From contig NC_043007.1 in the NCBI RefSeq assembly GCF_006345805.1, forward strand, positions 12,028,001 to 12,092,000: a stretch of 64,000 nt of DNA, written 5' to 3'. The position numbers and the translations under genes were made by a program. Below, in pieces: positions 1-11,732 of this stretch; the first letter of the stretch is position 1; each line of letters begins with the position of its first letter. This stretch comes from Octopus sinensis (taxonomy: Eukaryota). The notes below the pieces were generated by a model, which saw only the letters and a list, made by a program, of their open reading frames with translations, searched no databases and was not told where the DNA came from.

Positions 1-484
1 CTTCAGCAAAAAAGACTAATAGAATAAGTACCAGTCTTTAAAAAAAAATGGACAGATTAAATAATGCTGTCCTAGGCATATACATAAAAAGATGGGTAGG
101 TCAAGTCTAACTTGAGCCGAAGTAACAACAAAAACAAGGAAACTAGTATTTGCTGCTGTCACAATGGAAGTATTGAAGCAATGTTAAGATTAGACATCAT
201 ATATAATTGAGTGAAAACAGTGAAAGAGTAACAATGCATTAAGTTAAATATTTCTAATGAGCTGTGACTAATGATAGCTAGTAGACAGCTCTAAAGGAAA
301 GAGTCGTCATTAAAATGCCAATCCTTCATCAGAGAGATGGAGATAATGTCCGTATCAATGAACAGGCAGAGGAAGCTCTTTTATGTTGGAGAACATTTAA
401 GGAGAAATTGTGACCTGAGATCTCGGTTTCATTGAATAATTAACATGAAGAAGACACTTAGCCTTCCTTTATATCTTTATACCT

Positions 485-960
485 GTCAAACATGTATATA
501 CATATACATACATACGCACATATAGGCATACATACATACACACATACATACACACATACAGGCATACATTCATACATGTATACGTACATACATACACACA
601 TACAGGCATGCATGCATGCATACATACATACATAGACACATACATACATACATACATACACACATACATACACACATACAGGCATACATTCATACATGTA
701 TACGTACATACATACACACATACAGGCATGCATGCATACATACATACATACATACATACATAGAGGCATACAGGCATACATACATACACACATACAGGCA
801 TACAAACATGCATACGTACATACATATATACATACATATATACATACATATATACATACATATATACATACATATATACATACATATATACATACATATA
901 TACATACATACATACATACATGCATTCATACATACATACATACATATATAATTCGTGTAC
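485..960. repeat. (TACA)n-derived compound microsatellite
   Basis: TACA/TATA/GGCA units; sequence lines 541 and 661 are identical (120-bp internal duplication). Confidence 0.95.
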
Positions 961-1028
961 ATATGTGTAATAACATATTTGTTTATGTTTATACATTATC
1001 ACTTATCTCCATGTTTTATGCTAGAATG

Positions 1029-1069
<41 letters not shown>

Positions 1070-1600
1070 TATATATAGATAGATAGATAGAGAGAGAGAG
1101 AGATATTATATTTATGTTATATTATATACATACACACATGCACGCACTCATATATATCATATTATAACATATTACATTATATCATATTATTATTAACGTT
1201 GACTTCTTTTCCGTTACTTAAAGTTAAAATTCACAATGAATGACAGTCTTTCAGATAAATATCTAAATAAACAAATGGTTGAGCTTATTGTTTATAAGGC
1301 ATCTGAAAAAAATTATTATTTCACTGCAGCATATAACTTATGAGTGATGGAAAAATAGTTGACTTTAAGTATAATGTATAGAGAGAGAGACTACTTATTC
1401 TGCTTAACCTATTCAGTTCTCTTCACTTTCTTTATGACATTACTTTGCTCATATTACTTGTGGGAGTATGTGTATATGTATGTGTGTGTGTATGAGTATT
1501 AATGGAATGACTAGGGAACAGGAATTGTTATTTTGTATATTGAGTTCTAACAGCAGGTTATTAGTATCACTGTCTTAGTGGAATTTTAAGATTTATAATA

Positions 1601-1643
<43 letters not shown>

Positions 1644-1687
1644 ATTATATTTTATAATATATATATATATATGTATTATATTTTATA

Positions 1688-1761
<74 letters not shown>

Positions 1762-1808
1762 TTTTATATATATATATATTATATTTTATAATATATATAT
1801 ATATATTA

Positions 1809-1841
<33 letters not shown>

Positions 1842-1938
1842 ACGGGAAGCTTTATGAAAATAAACAAAATACGAAGGCAGGTAGAATACAAACAAACAAT
1901 TGTATTAGTATGGCGCTCAGGAATATAAATAAAACAAG

Positions 1939-1976
1939 TCTTTTACGTTTCGAGCCTACGCTCTTCAACAGAAAGA
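1939..1976 (-). ncRNA. Minimal type I hammerhead ribozyme motif (A6 mutated)
   Basis: Minus strand TCTTT-CTGTTGA-A-GAGC(GTAG)GCTC-GAAACGTA-AAAGA: 5-bp stem I, 4-bp stem II, palindromic ACGT stem III; core differs from CUGANGA at A6. Confidence 0.65.
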
Positions 1977-2136
1977 TACACAGAAAAGAAACACAGAAAG
2001 AAACAAGGAGAGAAAAAAAATGCGTGCAGAGGCTAGCGAATCAACATGGCGATTTGATTCAAAATGTGACCGCGTGTGTACCGTTGGCGATTTTTTTTCC
2101 TCCGTCTTCCCTTCTTTGGATCTTTCCTTTTCCTAT

Positions 2137-2171
2137 GTTTCTGACAAAGAGCTCTGCTCGAAACGTTAAAC
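2137..2171 (+). ncRNA. Minimal type I hammerhead ribozyme motif (G8 mutated)
   Basis: GTTT-CTGACAA-A-GAGC(TCT)GCTC-GAAACGTT-AAAC: stem I GTTT/AAAC; G8->A is consistent with CpG decay. Confidence 0.6.
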
Positions 2172-2560
2172 CCTCCTTCTTTCCTTCCTTCCTGAGCGTC
2201 CAATAATACTATATTTGTTCCACGTCCTCACGTTGTGTTTTCTCTTTGTGTTTTCATGTTTGGATTAACTATATATATATTATAATATATATAATATATA
2301 TATATATATATATAATATATATATATATTATATTTTGTGAAATTTGATTTAGTATTTCTAAATTGAATTTTTCCCTGTAAGTTTGGAATAATATTCCCTC
2401 ATGTTATTATTATTATTATTACATATATATATTCATGAAACCCTTCCTCCCCTACAACCTATCCATGCCTACCACTGCTGTTTCAACCTCTACTCCATTC
2501 TCCTTCATGTATCCATTTCCCTACCTGTCACTAAATAATGCTTCCCCTGGTCAAGGGAGT

Positions 2561-2774
2561 CTTTTGCTGTACTTTCAGTCACTAGACTGCGGCCATACTG
2601 GGATACCATCTTGAAGAATTTTAGTCAAATGAATCAACCCTTATACATTTTTTAAGCCTGATACTTATTCTGTCAGTTTCTTTAGCCAAACCACTAAGTT
2701 ATGAGGACATAAACACACAAACAAGGGTTGTCAAGCAGACACACACAGATAGATAGATATATAGATAGATAGAC

Positions 2775-2825
<51 letters not shown>

Positions 2826-3120
2826 CAGACAAATAGACAAACAGACAGAGAGATGGATGGACTGACGGACAGACAGAAACAGACGGATAGATAGATAGAT
2901 GGATGGATAGATGGATGGATGGATAGATAACTAGATACATACATATATATATACATAGACAATGGATTTCTTTCGGTTTCCATCTACCAAATCCACTCAC
3001 AAGGCTTTGGTCAGCCCAAGATTATAGTGAAAACACTTTCCCAATGTGCCATACAGTGGGACTGAACCCAGAACCATGTGGTACAGAAGCAAACTTCCTA
3101 CTACACAACCATGCCTGCAC
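2561..3120 (-). mobile_element. SINE family A (tRNA-derived head, internal microsatellite, CR1-like tail), older copy
   Basis: Diverged reverse-complement match to 3194-3586 with an internal (TAGA)n expansion. Confidence 0.8.
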
Positions 3121-3193
3121 CCTGATTCATTTATTAATCATATTTATGCATAGCAAAATTATAAATAACATATTTTTCAAGATGCTCAAGCAT

Positions 3194-3367
3194 AGGCGCA
3201 GGAGTGGCTGTGTGGTAAGTAGCTTGCTAACCAACCACATGGTTCCGGGTTCACTCCCACTGCGTGGCATCTTGGGCAAGTGTCTTCTGCTATAGCCCTG
3301 GGCTGACCAATGCCTTGTGAGTGGATTTGGTAGACGAAAACTGAAAGAAGCCTGTCGTATATGTGTG

Positions 3368-3398
<31 letters not shown>

Positions 3399-3586
3399 CC
3401 CCCTAGCATTGCTTGACAACCGATGCTGGTGTGTTTACGTCCCCGTCACTTAGCAGTTCGGCAAAAGAGACCGATAGAATAAGTACTGGGCTTACAAAGA
3501 ATAAGTCCCGGGGTCGATTGCTCGACTAAAGCAGTGCTCCAGCATGGCCGCAGTCAAATGATTGAAACAAGTAAAAAAAAAAAAAA
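3194..3586 (+). mobile_element. SINE family A, full length
   Basis: Head AGGCGCAGGAGTGGCTGTGTGGTAAG (A box) ... GGTTCACTCCC (B-box-like), TTGGGCAAGTGTCTTC core, internal (TA)n, 3' end CAGCATGGCCGCAGTCAAATGATTGAAACAAGT-poly(A); more than 10 copies in window. Confidence 0.92.
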
Positions 3587-3627
3587 TTAACATGGATTTT
3601 TCAAAAGCCATAAAGCACATCGAGATA

Positions 3628-3762
3628 TTGAGCAAAACACTTCATTTCTTGTTGTTCTTGTCCACTCATCTGGCAAAAGGGAGGAATACTACGATGGACT
3701 GGCGTCCCATCCAGGTGGAGAATTTATATGTCATGGAAAGTGAGAAACTGGCCCTTAAGATA
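3628..3762 (+). mobile_element. V-domain-type SINE fragment
   Basis: TTGAGCAAAACACTTCATTTC...CGATGGACTGGCGTCCCATCCAG matches the body of 27903-28165. Confidence 0.7.
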
Positions 3763-3774
3763 ATTCACTTCTAT

Positions 3775-3885
3775 ATTTAAGAGATGAGGAATTATTTACA
3801 TTATTTACATTATTTACATTATTTACAATTGACAGATATTTGTCCTAATCTTGTTTGTTGTTAACACAGTGTTTCAGCTGATATA
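3775..3885 (-). mobile_element. 3' terminal fragment of the PLE family at 31497-31985
   Basis: TTTAAGAGATGAGGAATTAT...GATATTTGTCCT...TTGTTTGTTGTTAACAC matches 31501-31600; truncated inside the hammerhead stem II loop. Confidence 0.75.
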
Positions 3886-3889
3886 CACG

Positions 3890-4034
3890 TACAACTCATT
3901 TTTGTCAGCTGAGTGAACTGAAGCAACATGAAATAAAGTGTCTTGTTTAAGGACACGATGCGTCACCAGGAATTGATCTCACAACATTCTGACCATGAGC
4001 TGATTACCCTAACCACTAAGCCACGTACTTCCAC
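3890..4034 (-). mobile_element. V-domain-type SINE 5' part, diverged
   Basis: Reverse-complement similarity to the head and core of 27903-28165. Confidence 0.65.
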
Positions 4035-4303
4035 CCTTAAATATACATTATGTCTAAAAGTGTAAGACTGAATGATCACTGCCGGAAAACTTCATTCATA
4101 AGTCTGCTTAATCTGGCCTCATCTCCAGCTAAACAACAATATATATTAATCTACTGTTAATAATCCAGTATTATTATATAGTACTGCTAATAATCCAGGT
4201 ATTATTATTATTTAGTACTGACACAGGGAGAAATAAAATGTAAACATTTTGGGCTCAGAGTTTTTTTTTTTCTTGTGAAATGTGTAATAAAAAATTTACC
4301 AAG

Positions 4304-4650
4304 TAGGCACAAGCATGGTTGTGTGGTTAAGAAGCTTGCTTTGCCACCATGTGGTTTTGGGTTCAGTCCCATGGTGCAGCTCCTTGGGCAAGTATTTTTT
4401 ACTATTGCCCCAGCCTGGCCAAAGCCTTGTGAGTGAATTTTATAGATAGAAACTGTGTGGAAGCCTTTCTGTTGACAACCAGTGTTGGTTTGTTTATGTT
4501 CCTGTTGCTCAGCACTTCAGCAAAAAGAGACCAATAGAATAAGTACCAGACTTTAAAAATGCATGTCCTAAGGTTAATTTACTTCACTAATCCCTTCAAG
4601 GCCATGTCCCAGCATGGCTACAATCAAATGACCGAAACAAGTAAAAAAAA
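4304..4650 (+). mobile_element. SINE family A, diverged
   Basis: Head, core and tail align with 3194-3586. Confidence 0.8.
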
Positions 4651-4677
4651 TTAGAGAAAAATAACTAAAAGTAGTCC

Positions 4678-4972
4678 TCCTCATCATCATCATTGTTTAA
4701 CATCTGCTTTCCATGCTAGCATGGGTTGGACGATTTGACTGAGGGCTGGCGAACCAGATGGCTGCACCAGACTCCAATGTGATCTGGCAGAGTTTCTACA
4801 GCTGGATACCCTTCCTAACACCAACCACTCCGAGAGTGCAGTGGGTGCTTTTATGTGCCACCAGCACGAGGGCCAGCTAGGCGGTACTGGCTATGGCCAC
4901 GCTCAAATGGTGCTTTTTATGTGCCTCCTGCACAGGAGCCAGTCCAGTGGCACTGGCAACGACCTCGCTCGT
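4678..4972 (-). mobile_element. RTE-type LINE 3' end with (GAT)n tail
   Basis: (CAT)n then CCATGCTAGCATGGGTTGGACG...GGATACCCTTCCTAAC; same family as 20320-20872. Confidence 0.8.
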
Positions 4973-5213
4973 AGATGTCAATTACTTGATCTCAATTACA
5001 GCTACCCAACACACTCCTCATTTCTTCTGCACCACCTCCCCAACAAATAAAATAAAGGAGGGACTCTGCTTAACTTGTTAGAACTCTTCTCTATGCAGAC
5101 ACATATTCTTTTCTTCACAAATTTCATTACCTTTTTTTTTTCTTTGCAAAAACATAAGAGAGACTAGTTTCTTCAGAGTGTTGTGATTTTCGTTATATAA
5201 CACTGCATTTCAC

Positions 5214-5310
5214 TTATATAAATAATATAAAACTTATCAAATTCAGAGCGACAGAGGTAACTAAGAAAACCGTTAAGCCAACTGTGGTGCTAGTGACATT
5301 AGTAGGTAAT
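5214..5310 (-). CDS. Candidate terminal exon encoding a hydrophobic C-terminus (LPTNVTSTTVGLTVFLVTSVALNLISFILFI*)
   Basis: ACTAAT branch-like motif, TTTACAG acceptor, 31 open codons then TAA; no upstream exon identified. Confidence 0.25.
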
Positions 5311-5924
5311 CTGTAAACTGATTAGTTACTAAGCTATACATGCACCAAAATATAATACTTCAATACACTTTAGTAAAGAAATAAGATGTTAGCATTGGTA
5401 TACTGTACTGTTTTGTTAAACACAGTTTGTGTGCAAATCAATTCATTTCAAACTAAAGAATTCTTACAACTTGTTTAACAAAAGAACAATTGTTCTGTCA
5501 TAAATAAAATTTTTCTTGAAAAGATGGTCTGAAGATTTAGCTAGAAACAACAACAATAGCAACAAAACCAACATCTTTGCTTTAACAAGATGAAATTAGA
5601 AACTGTAGATAATAGATTTATTTGGTTTTTTTTTTTTTTTCCTTTTTCTTTTTCTTTCTTTCTTTCTTTCCTTTTTTTTTTGTTGAAATCTTTAAGTTTC
5701 ACTACGGCTATGAGATTCTTTCTTTCAAGTTGCGCTTATTGTTTTACATGTTTGTGTTCAGTTCCTATGCAAGACATATTAACGCAGCTTACCTCAGTCA
5801 CCTTGACTGACAATAGGTCCTACTATCTCAACTTATTCATTTGGTTAATTTAGCAAGTTTGATAGCTAAAGGGTCGAAAAGGGATGGTGAGTGAGTGTTG
5901 ATAGAAATACTGAATCACTGTATT

Positions 5925-6070
5925 ATTCTTTAATCTTTTACTTGTTTCATCCATTTGACTACAGTCATGCTGGGACACCATCTTTGAAGATAAATCATCC
6001 CCTGTACTTATTTTTAAGTCAGGTATTCATTCTATCAAACTCATTTACAGAGCCATAAGCAAGCCAGCAC
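5925..6070 (-). mobile_element. SINE family A 3' fragment
   Basis: CTTGTTTCATCCATTTGACTACAGTCATGCTGG is the reverse complement of the family A tail. Confidence 0.7.
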
Positions 6071-6082
6071 ATATATAATATA

Positions 6083-6373
6083 CTAGCAGTATCGCCCGGC
6101 GTTGCTCGGGTTTGTAAGGGAAATAACTATATAAGCATTTTTAGAGAGTTACTTCCCTTATATAAACCGAGCAAAAAATGCATTAAAAAAACAAAAATTT
6201 TTTTTAAATCGTAGAGTCATCGTAGACACGCGCTAATACCCAGAAGGGCTCGATATGAATCACAACTATAAGATACCCGCTTTGGTTAAACTGCACCGCA
6301 AAATGTGGGAGTAGTTAGGAATCTAAATCAGAAGAGACAGACTCTCACACAACTTCAGTTTTATATATAAAGA
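6083..6373 (-). mobile_element. Non-autonomous Helitron
   Basis: Minus strand 5' TCTTTATATATAAAA; 3' hairpin CCCGAGCAACGCCGGG then CTAG; inserted between A and T with no TSD. Confidence 0.9.
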
Positions 6374-6399
6374 TGTATGTGTTTGTGTTTGTTGTATGT

Positions 6400-6670
6400 G
6401 TGTGTTTGTGTTTGTTGTGTGTATGTGTGTGTGTGTGTGTGTGTTTGTATCTCTGTGTTTGTGTCTCTGTGTTTGTCTCCCCCACTATCACTTGACAACT
6501 GATGTTGGTGTGTTTGCATCCCTGTAACTTAGCAGATCGGCAAAAGAGACTGATAGAATAAATACTAGGTTTACAAAGAATAAGTCCTGGGGTTGATTCA
6601 TTCGACTATAGGTGGTGCTCCAGCATGGCCACAATCAAATGACTGAAACAAGTAAAAGAATAAAAGAATA
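6400..6670 (+). mobile_element. SINE family A 3' half
   Basis: From the (GT)n tract through CAAATGACTGAAACAAGTAAAAGAATAAAAGAATA. Confidence 0.85.
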
Positions 6671-6689
6671 TATATATATCACGGAAGCA

Positions 6690-7083
6690 ATGACAAATGA
6701 AAATATGCCATGCTTGAGAAGAAGACCCATCAAGCCAAGTGAAACCATAGTCTTGGCAAATATTGGTGTCACGCAACTGGCACCTATGCCAGTGGCATGT
6801 TAATGCACGCAGTACGCTCTTGCAGTGGTTGGCATTAGGAAGGGCATCCAGCCAGAGAAAACCATGCCAAATCAGACTGGAGTCTGGTGCAGCACCTCAG
6901 CTGACCAGCCCTGGTCAAACCATCCACCCCAAGCTTGTAGGGACAACAGACATTAAATGATAATGATGGTGGTGGTGGTGGTGGTGGTGGTGGTGGTGAT
7001 GGTGATGATGGTGGTGGTGATGATGATGACGATGATGATGATGATGACGATGATAGTGGTGGTGGTGGTAGTGGTGGTGGTGT

Positions 7084-7143
<60 letters not shown>

Positions 7144-7155
7144 GGATGATGATGA
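6690..7155 (+). mobile_element. RTE LINE 3' end with expanded (GAT)n/(GGT)n tail
   Basis: Remnant ORF C-terminus (...GAAGACCCATCAAGCCAAGTGA), TTAGGAAGGGCATCCAG motif, long trinucleotide tail. Confidence 0.75.
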
Positions 7156-7189
7156 TATATACATATGTGTGTATGTATATATCACACAC

Positions 7190-7320
7190 AACAGGCTTCC
7201 ATGCAGATTCTGTCTAGCAAATTCACTCATAAGGGCCCACTTGCTCAGGATGCTGCACTCTGGAAGTGAACCTAAAACTGTGCGACCTGCAAAGCGAGCT
7301 TCTTAACCACACAGCCATAC
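7190..7320 (-). mobile_element. SINE family A 5' fragment, diverged
   Basis: AAATTCACTCATAAGG...CTTCTTAACCACACAGCCAT. Confidence 0.6.
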
Positions 7321-7373
7321 CCTCACCTGTTATCTTCAAATATTTCCTTACTGCCTAATGTATATCAAACTGA

Positions 7374-7764
7374 GGTGGAGGCGCAATGGCCCAGTGGTTA
7401 GGGCAGCGGACTCGCGGTCATAGGATCGCGGTTTCGATTCCCAGACCGGGCGTTGTGAGTGTTTATTGAGCGAAAACACCCAAAGCTCCACGAGGCTCCG
7501 GCAGGGGATGGTGGTGATCCCTGCTGTACTCTTTCACCACAACTTTCTCTCACTCTTACTTCCTGTTTCTGTTGTACCTGTATTTCAAGGGGCCGGCCTT
7601 GTCACTCTCTGTGTCACGCTGATTATTCCCGAGAACTACGTTAAGGGTGCATGTGTCTGTGGAGTGCTCAGCCACTTACACATTAATTTCACGAGCGGAC
7701 TGTTCCGTTGATTCGGATCAACCGGAACCCTCGTCGTCGTAACCGACGGAGTGCTTCCACACAC
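7374..7764 (+). mobile_element. SINE family B (tRNA-derived), full length with TSD
   Basis: GGAGGCGCAATGGCCCAGTGGTTAGGG (A box) ... GGTTTCGATTCCC (B box); TSD ATATCAAACTGA at 7362-7373 and 7765-7776. Confidence 0.93.
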
Positions 7765-7927
7765 ATATCAAACTGAAGTCTTCAGAGGGTCAAGTTCACT
7801 TCACATCCCTTCAAAGTCTGCAGGTTGTTGCTATGAACTAAAGATAATTCAATCAATTACACCTGTCCATTGCAGCATTCAATCAACATAAGAAAACCTT
7901 ATAGCCATATCTTCTTCCAGCATACCC

Positions 7928-8121
7928 TCTTTCTCTCTCTTTCTCTCTCTCTCATTCTCTCTCTTTCTCACACACACATCCTCTCTAATTCTCTCTCTCT
8001 TTTTCTCACTCTCTCTCTTTTTTCTCTTTCTCTCTCTTTCTCATTATCTCTCTCATCCTCACTCTCTCTCTCTCTCTCTTTCTCACATCTTCTCTCATTC
8101 TGTCTCACTTTTTCTCTCTCT

Positions 8122-8155
<34 letters not shown>

Positions 8156-8334
8156 TCCTCTCTCATTCTCTCACTTTTTCTCTCTCTCTCTCTCATTCTT
8201 TCTGTCATTCTCTCTCTCACTTTCTTTCTCTCTTCTTACACACACACACACACACATCCTCTCTCATTCTCTCTCTCTCTCTTTCTTTCTTTCTCTCTCT
8301 CTCTTTCTTTCTCTCATCCTCTCTCTCCCTCCCT

Positions 8335-8367
<33 letters not shown>

Positions 8368-8379
8368 ACTATCTGTCTG

Positions 8380-8438
<59 letters not shown>

Positions 8439-8442
8439 CTCT
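7928..8442. repeat. (CT)n-rich low-complexity tract and (TCTA)n
   Basis: Direct reading of the sequence. Confidence 0.95.
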
Positions 8443-8554
8443 AGAAACACCTGTGGTGATATAAAATAGTTTCTACATCATTCAGTGCAGCAACATCTTA
8501 AGCAAGTATCTTCTAATGAAATTAGGGAGAGGCATATAGAGTAAAAAACTCTCT

Positions 8555-9200
8555 CTAACACACACACAAACACACTCACACACACACACACTTGCACATA
8601 CAATTGCACACACACACACGCACAAACACACTTACATACATTCATGCACACATACTCACACATACACATGCACACACACCACACACACACACTTGCACAT
8701 ACAATTGCACACACACACACATGCACAAACACACTTACACACATTCATGCACACATACTCACACATACACATGCACACACACACACACACACACACTTGC
8801 ACATACAATTGCACACACACACATGCACAAACACACTTACATACATTCATGCACACATACACACACATACACATGCACACACACACACACTTGCACATAC
8901 AATTGCACACACACATGCACAAACATACTTACACACATTCATGCACACATACACATACACATGCACACACACACACATACACACACACTTGCACATACAA
9001 TTGCACACACACACACGCACAAACACACTTACACACATTCATGCACACATACTCACACATACACATGCACACACACACACACACACACAAACACACTTAC
9101 ACACATTCATGCACACATACTCACAAATACACATGCACACACACACACACACATACACACACTTGCACATATACATGCACACTCACACACACACACACTT
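8555..9200. repeat. (CA)n-derived minisatellite, about 95-105-bp higher-order unit
   Basis: CTTGCACATACAATTGCAC recurs at about 8591, 8692, 8796, 8890 and 8988. Confidence 0.9.
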
Positions 9201-9447
9201 TTATAAATGACTTCCCCATCATTGAATGATGGTCCTCCTCAACTCACCTAGGACTCACAACTGCCAACACTGTCTCTGTGAGAGGCTACACATACTTCCC
9301 CAGCCTCCAGTATCCATCAACAGAACTATGTTCTGTAAATGAACTTCAAGCCACTGGCAAGCCAACAGTTCAGATAAACCATCCTAGGTCTAGCTATCCC
9401 ATGCACAAGAGCAGGGTATCTAATTCTTACCATCTATTTAGGATTTA

Positions 9448-9958
9448 GGCGGCGAGCTGGCAGAAACGTTAACATGCCGGGCGAAATGCGTAGCCTCATT
9501 TCGTCTGCCGCTACATTCTGAGTTCGAATTCCACCAAGGTCGACTTTGCTTTTCATCCTTTCGGGGTCGATAAACTAAGTACCAGTTACGCAGTAGGGTG
9601 GATGTAATTGCCTTAATCTGTTTGTCTGTCCTTGTTTGTCCTCTCTGTGTTTAGCCCCTTGTGGGTAGTAAAGAAATAGGTTTGGATTTGGGATGTTGGA
9701 AACTAAGATTATAGAGTACAATGTAATGGTCAGAAAGAAGTGTTTCCTCAACTGAAATATTGTGGATGGAGCTAGAGTGGTTTGTTAATATCAGGCTCAA
9801 GATATGTCAGTTTTGTTTTGTTGACTCAAGCACAAATTAGGAGAAGAAATGATTCATCTATAAGCTTTAGTTAAGCCATATGTAAAATAACAACACACAA
9901 TGATTTGTCTGTCCTTGTTTGTCCCCTCTATGTTTAGCCCCTTGTGGGTAGTAAAGAA
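9448..9958 (+). mobile_element. SINE family C (Nin/Deu-domain type) with captured flank and second tail
   Basis: Head GGCGGCGAGCTGGCAGAAACG, B box GAGTTCGAATTCC, TTTCATCCTTTCGGGGTCGATAAA-TAAGTACCAG domain; 9681-9908 matches 35937-36165. Confidence 0.85.
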
Positions 9959-10269
9959 GTATATTTAGACTGTAGCCCACTCATGTTGATCATCCAATCT
10001 CAATTGTAACCCAACGCCATCGAATTTGCTTTCTTCCATATAAAGACTGCTTCTGCTAATGTATTCAAACTCCACACAACAACGACTAAGCCACTGACCC
10101 ACACCAGCATCCTACTGTGCCATGTGCTGTACTCAATACAAAGAATTGATGTTGTTGAATATATTATACCACTGACTGCTGCCAAAGTGGCAACAGCATC
10201 CTACCAATATCATGTCCAAGCACATGGGCCTGAAAATAAAGAAAATAGTACTCTCTCTCTCTCTCTCTC

Positions 10270-10662
10270 TTTTATTCTTTTACTTGTTTCAGTCATTTGA
10301 CTGCGGCCATGCTGGAGCGCCGCCTTTAATCGAGCAATTCGACTCCAGGACTTATTCTTTTTGTAAGCCCAGTACTTATTCTATCGGTCTCTTTTGCCGA
10401 ACTGCTAAGCAACGGGGACATAAACACACCAGCATCGGTTGTCAAGCATTACTAGGGGGACAAACACAGACACACAAACACACATACGCATATATATATA
10501 TATACATATATACGACGGGCTTCTTTCAGTTTCCGTCTCCCAAATCCACTCACAAGGCTTTGGTCGGCCTGAAGCTATAGTAGAAGGTGCCACGCAGTGG
10601 GACTGAACCCGGAACCATGTGGTTGGTAAACAAGCTACTTATCACATAGCCACTCCTGCGTG
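10270..10662 (-). mobile_element. SINE family A, full length
   Basis: Reverse complement of 3194-3586. Confidence 0.92.
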
Positions 10663-11090
10663 CTTTCATAGTATTATTACCATGGGGCCTGATTTGACCA
10701 ATAGAGGCCTAACATCTACAAGCCATCTTGAATTTATTTCAAGTTTCTCAATCTTCCCCTAACATCTGATGGGATGGGTTAGACCTATGTACCCACAAAA
10801 TTTCATGTCAGTAGTACTAAGTCACACTGTTATTTATATTATATGTAACTCCTACCAAATGTATTCAAGGCTAATTTGTTTTCTTTTTCCTCAACACACT
10901 TGTGTGTATACACTCACACACATACACACATAATTATTACACGATACCATTATTCAAAAATCAATTTAAGTCCATGTACATTTTAAAATACAATTTGAGG
11001 CAAAGAATTCACTGTATTAATGCAGAATGAAAATATTTATTTCATAAAGAAAATGACTCTTTCAAAACTAATCCCATTCTTTCTCTACAG

Positions 11091-11136
11091 AATTTGACAA
11101 ATTCTTCAAAGAAGGGAGAAAAAAGTAGTCTAACAG
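11091..11136 (+). CDS. Candidate 46-nt exon, paralogue A (phase-1 frame EFDKFFKEGRKK*)
   Basis: CTAAT branch motif, TTCTTTCTCTACAG acceptor, CAG|GTAATG donor; 41/46 nt identical to 17767-17812 on the opposite strand. Confidence 0.45.
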
Positions 11137-11732
11137 GTAATGAAGAATGGGAAAACTATGACATGTTATAATCATCTATGTGATGCAGATGTAGTTTACT
11201 TGAACAAAGACTTATACATAAATTATGTGCAGACAGCTCTGTTTCATCATAGTGTGTGTCATCAGTGCATACACAGTGTTTGCATTTCATTATACCACTT
11301 CAAACAAGAAGATAAAAGGTTTTGTGTTGTTTCATTTGCAGAAAGGATGGGGAAATGAAGTAAAATGATAAAATTGCTACATCTAGTTTGGAATAATGGG
11401 AAAGTAAATGATACTTAATTACCTTCCTGTTAATGCCTGGAGCATTTGATCAGACATTAGAATATACTTAAAGAAATTTCTGTGTGCACAACGTTTTTCT
11501 CTTGGTTGTAGCTATTTTAATAACTCTGTATGCTTGTCTATGTGCCTGAAGGGGTAACTGGGCAATGCATGGCTCTCATATTCTTATTTTAGTTACCGTC
11601 TGAGTTTGACTATGTTCATAATGATCACCATGCAAGGGGTAGCTGCACTGTAAGGAGCTGTTTGGCTGAATTTTCTCCTGTCAACATGGAGGCTGATTTG
11701 AGGTTGATTCATTCATCTTATTGAGGGAAACA

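Larger units (their letters stand above)
1840..2260. mobile_element. Two oppositely oriented Penelope-like terminal fragments
   Basis: Unique sequence between (TA)n tracts, carrying one minimal hammerhead motif on each strand; this arrangement is typical of PLE termini. Confidence 0.6.

Noticed and set aside
458-1082. Long ORFs of YVCM/HTYI repeats (also 7870-9229, 12335-12694, 16834-17316, 33998-34471, 38967-39552, 61797-62139)
   Set aside because: Translations of microsatellites that lack stop codons; no coding evidence.
5793-5865. Minus-strand exon with strong acceptor and GAG|GTAAGC donor
   Set aside because: Stops in all three frames; could only be non-coding, and there is no other support.
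6835-7230. Poly-Ser/Pro/His/Thr ORFs (also 17946-18563)
   Set aside because: Trinucleotide expansions of RTE (GAT)n tails.
7374-7450. tRNA genes (also heads at 3194, 28165, 31762, 34811)
   Set aside because: A and B boxes are present but acceptor stems are not intact, and they continue into SINE or PLE bodies.
10000-10231. Hydrophobic minus-strand ORF near a strong acceptor
   Set aside because: The frame is not continuous from the acceptor and no family was recognised.
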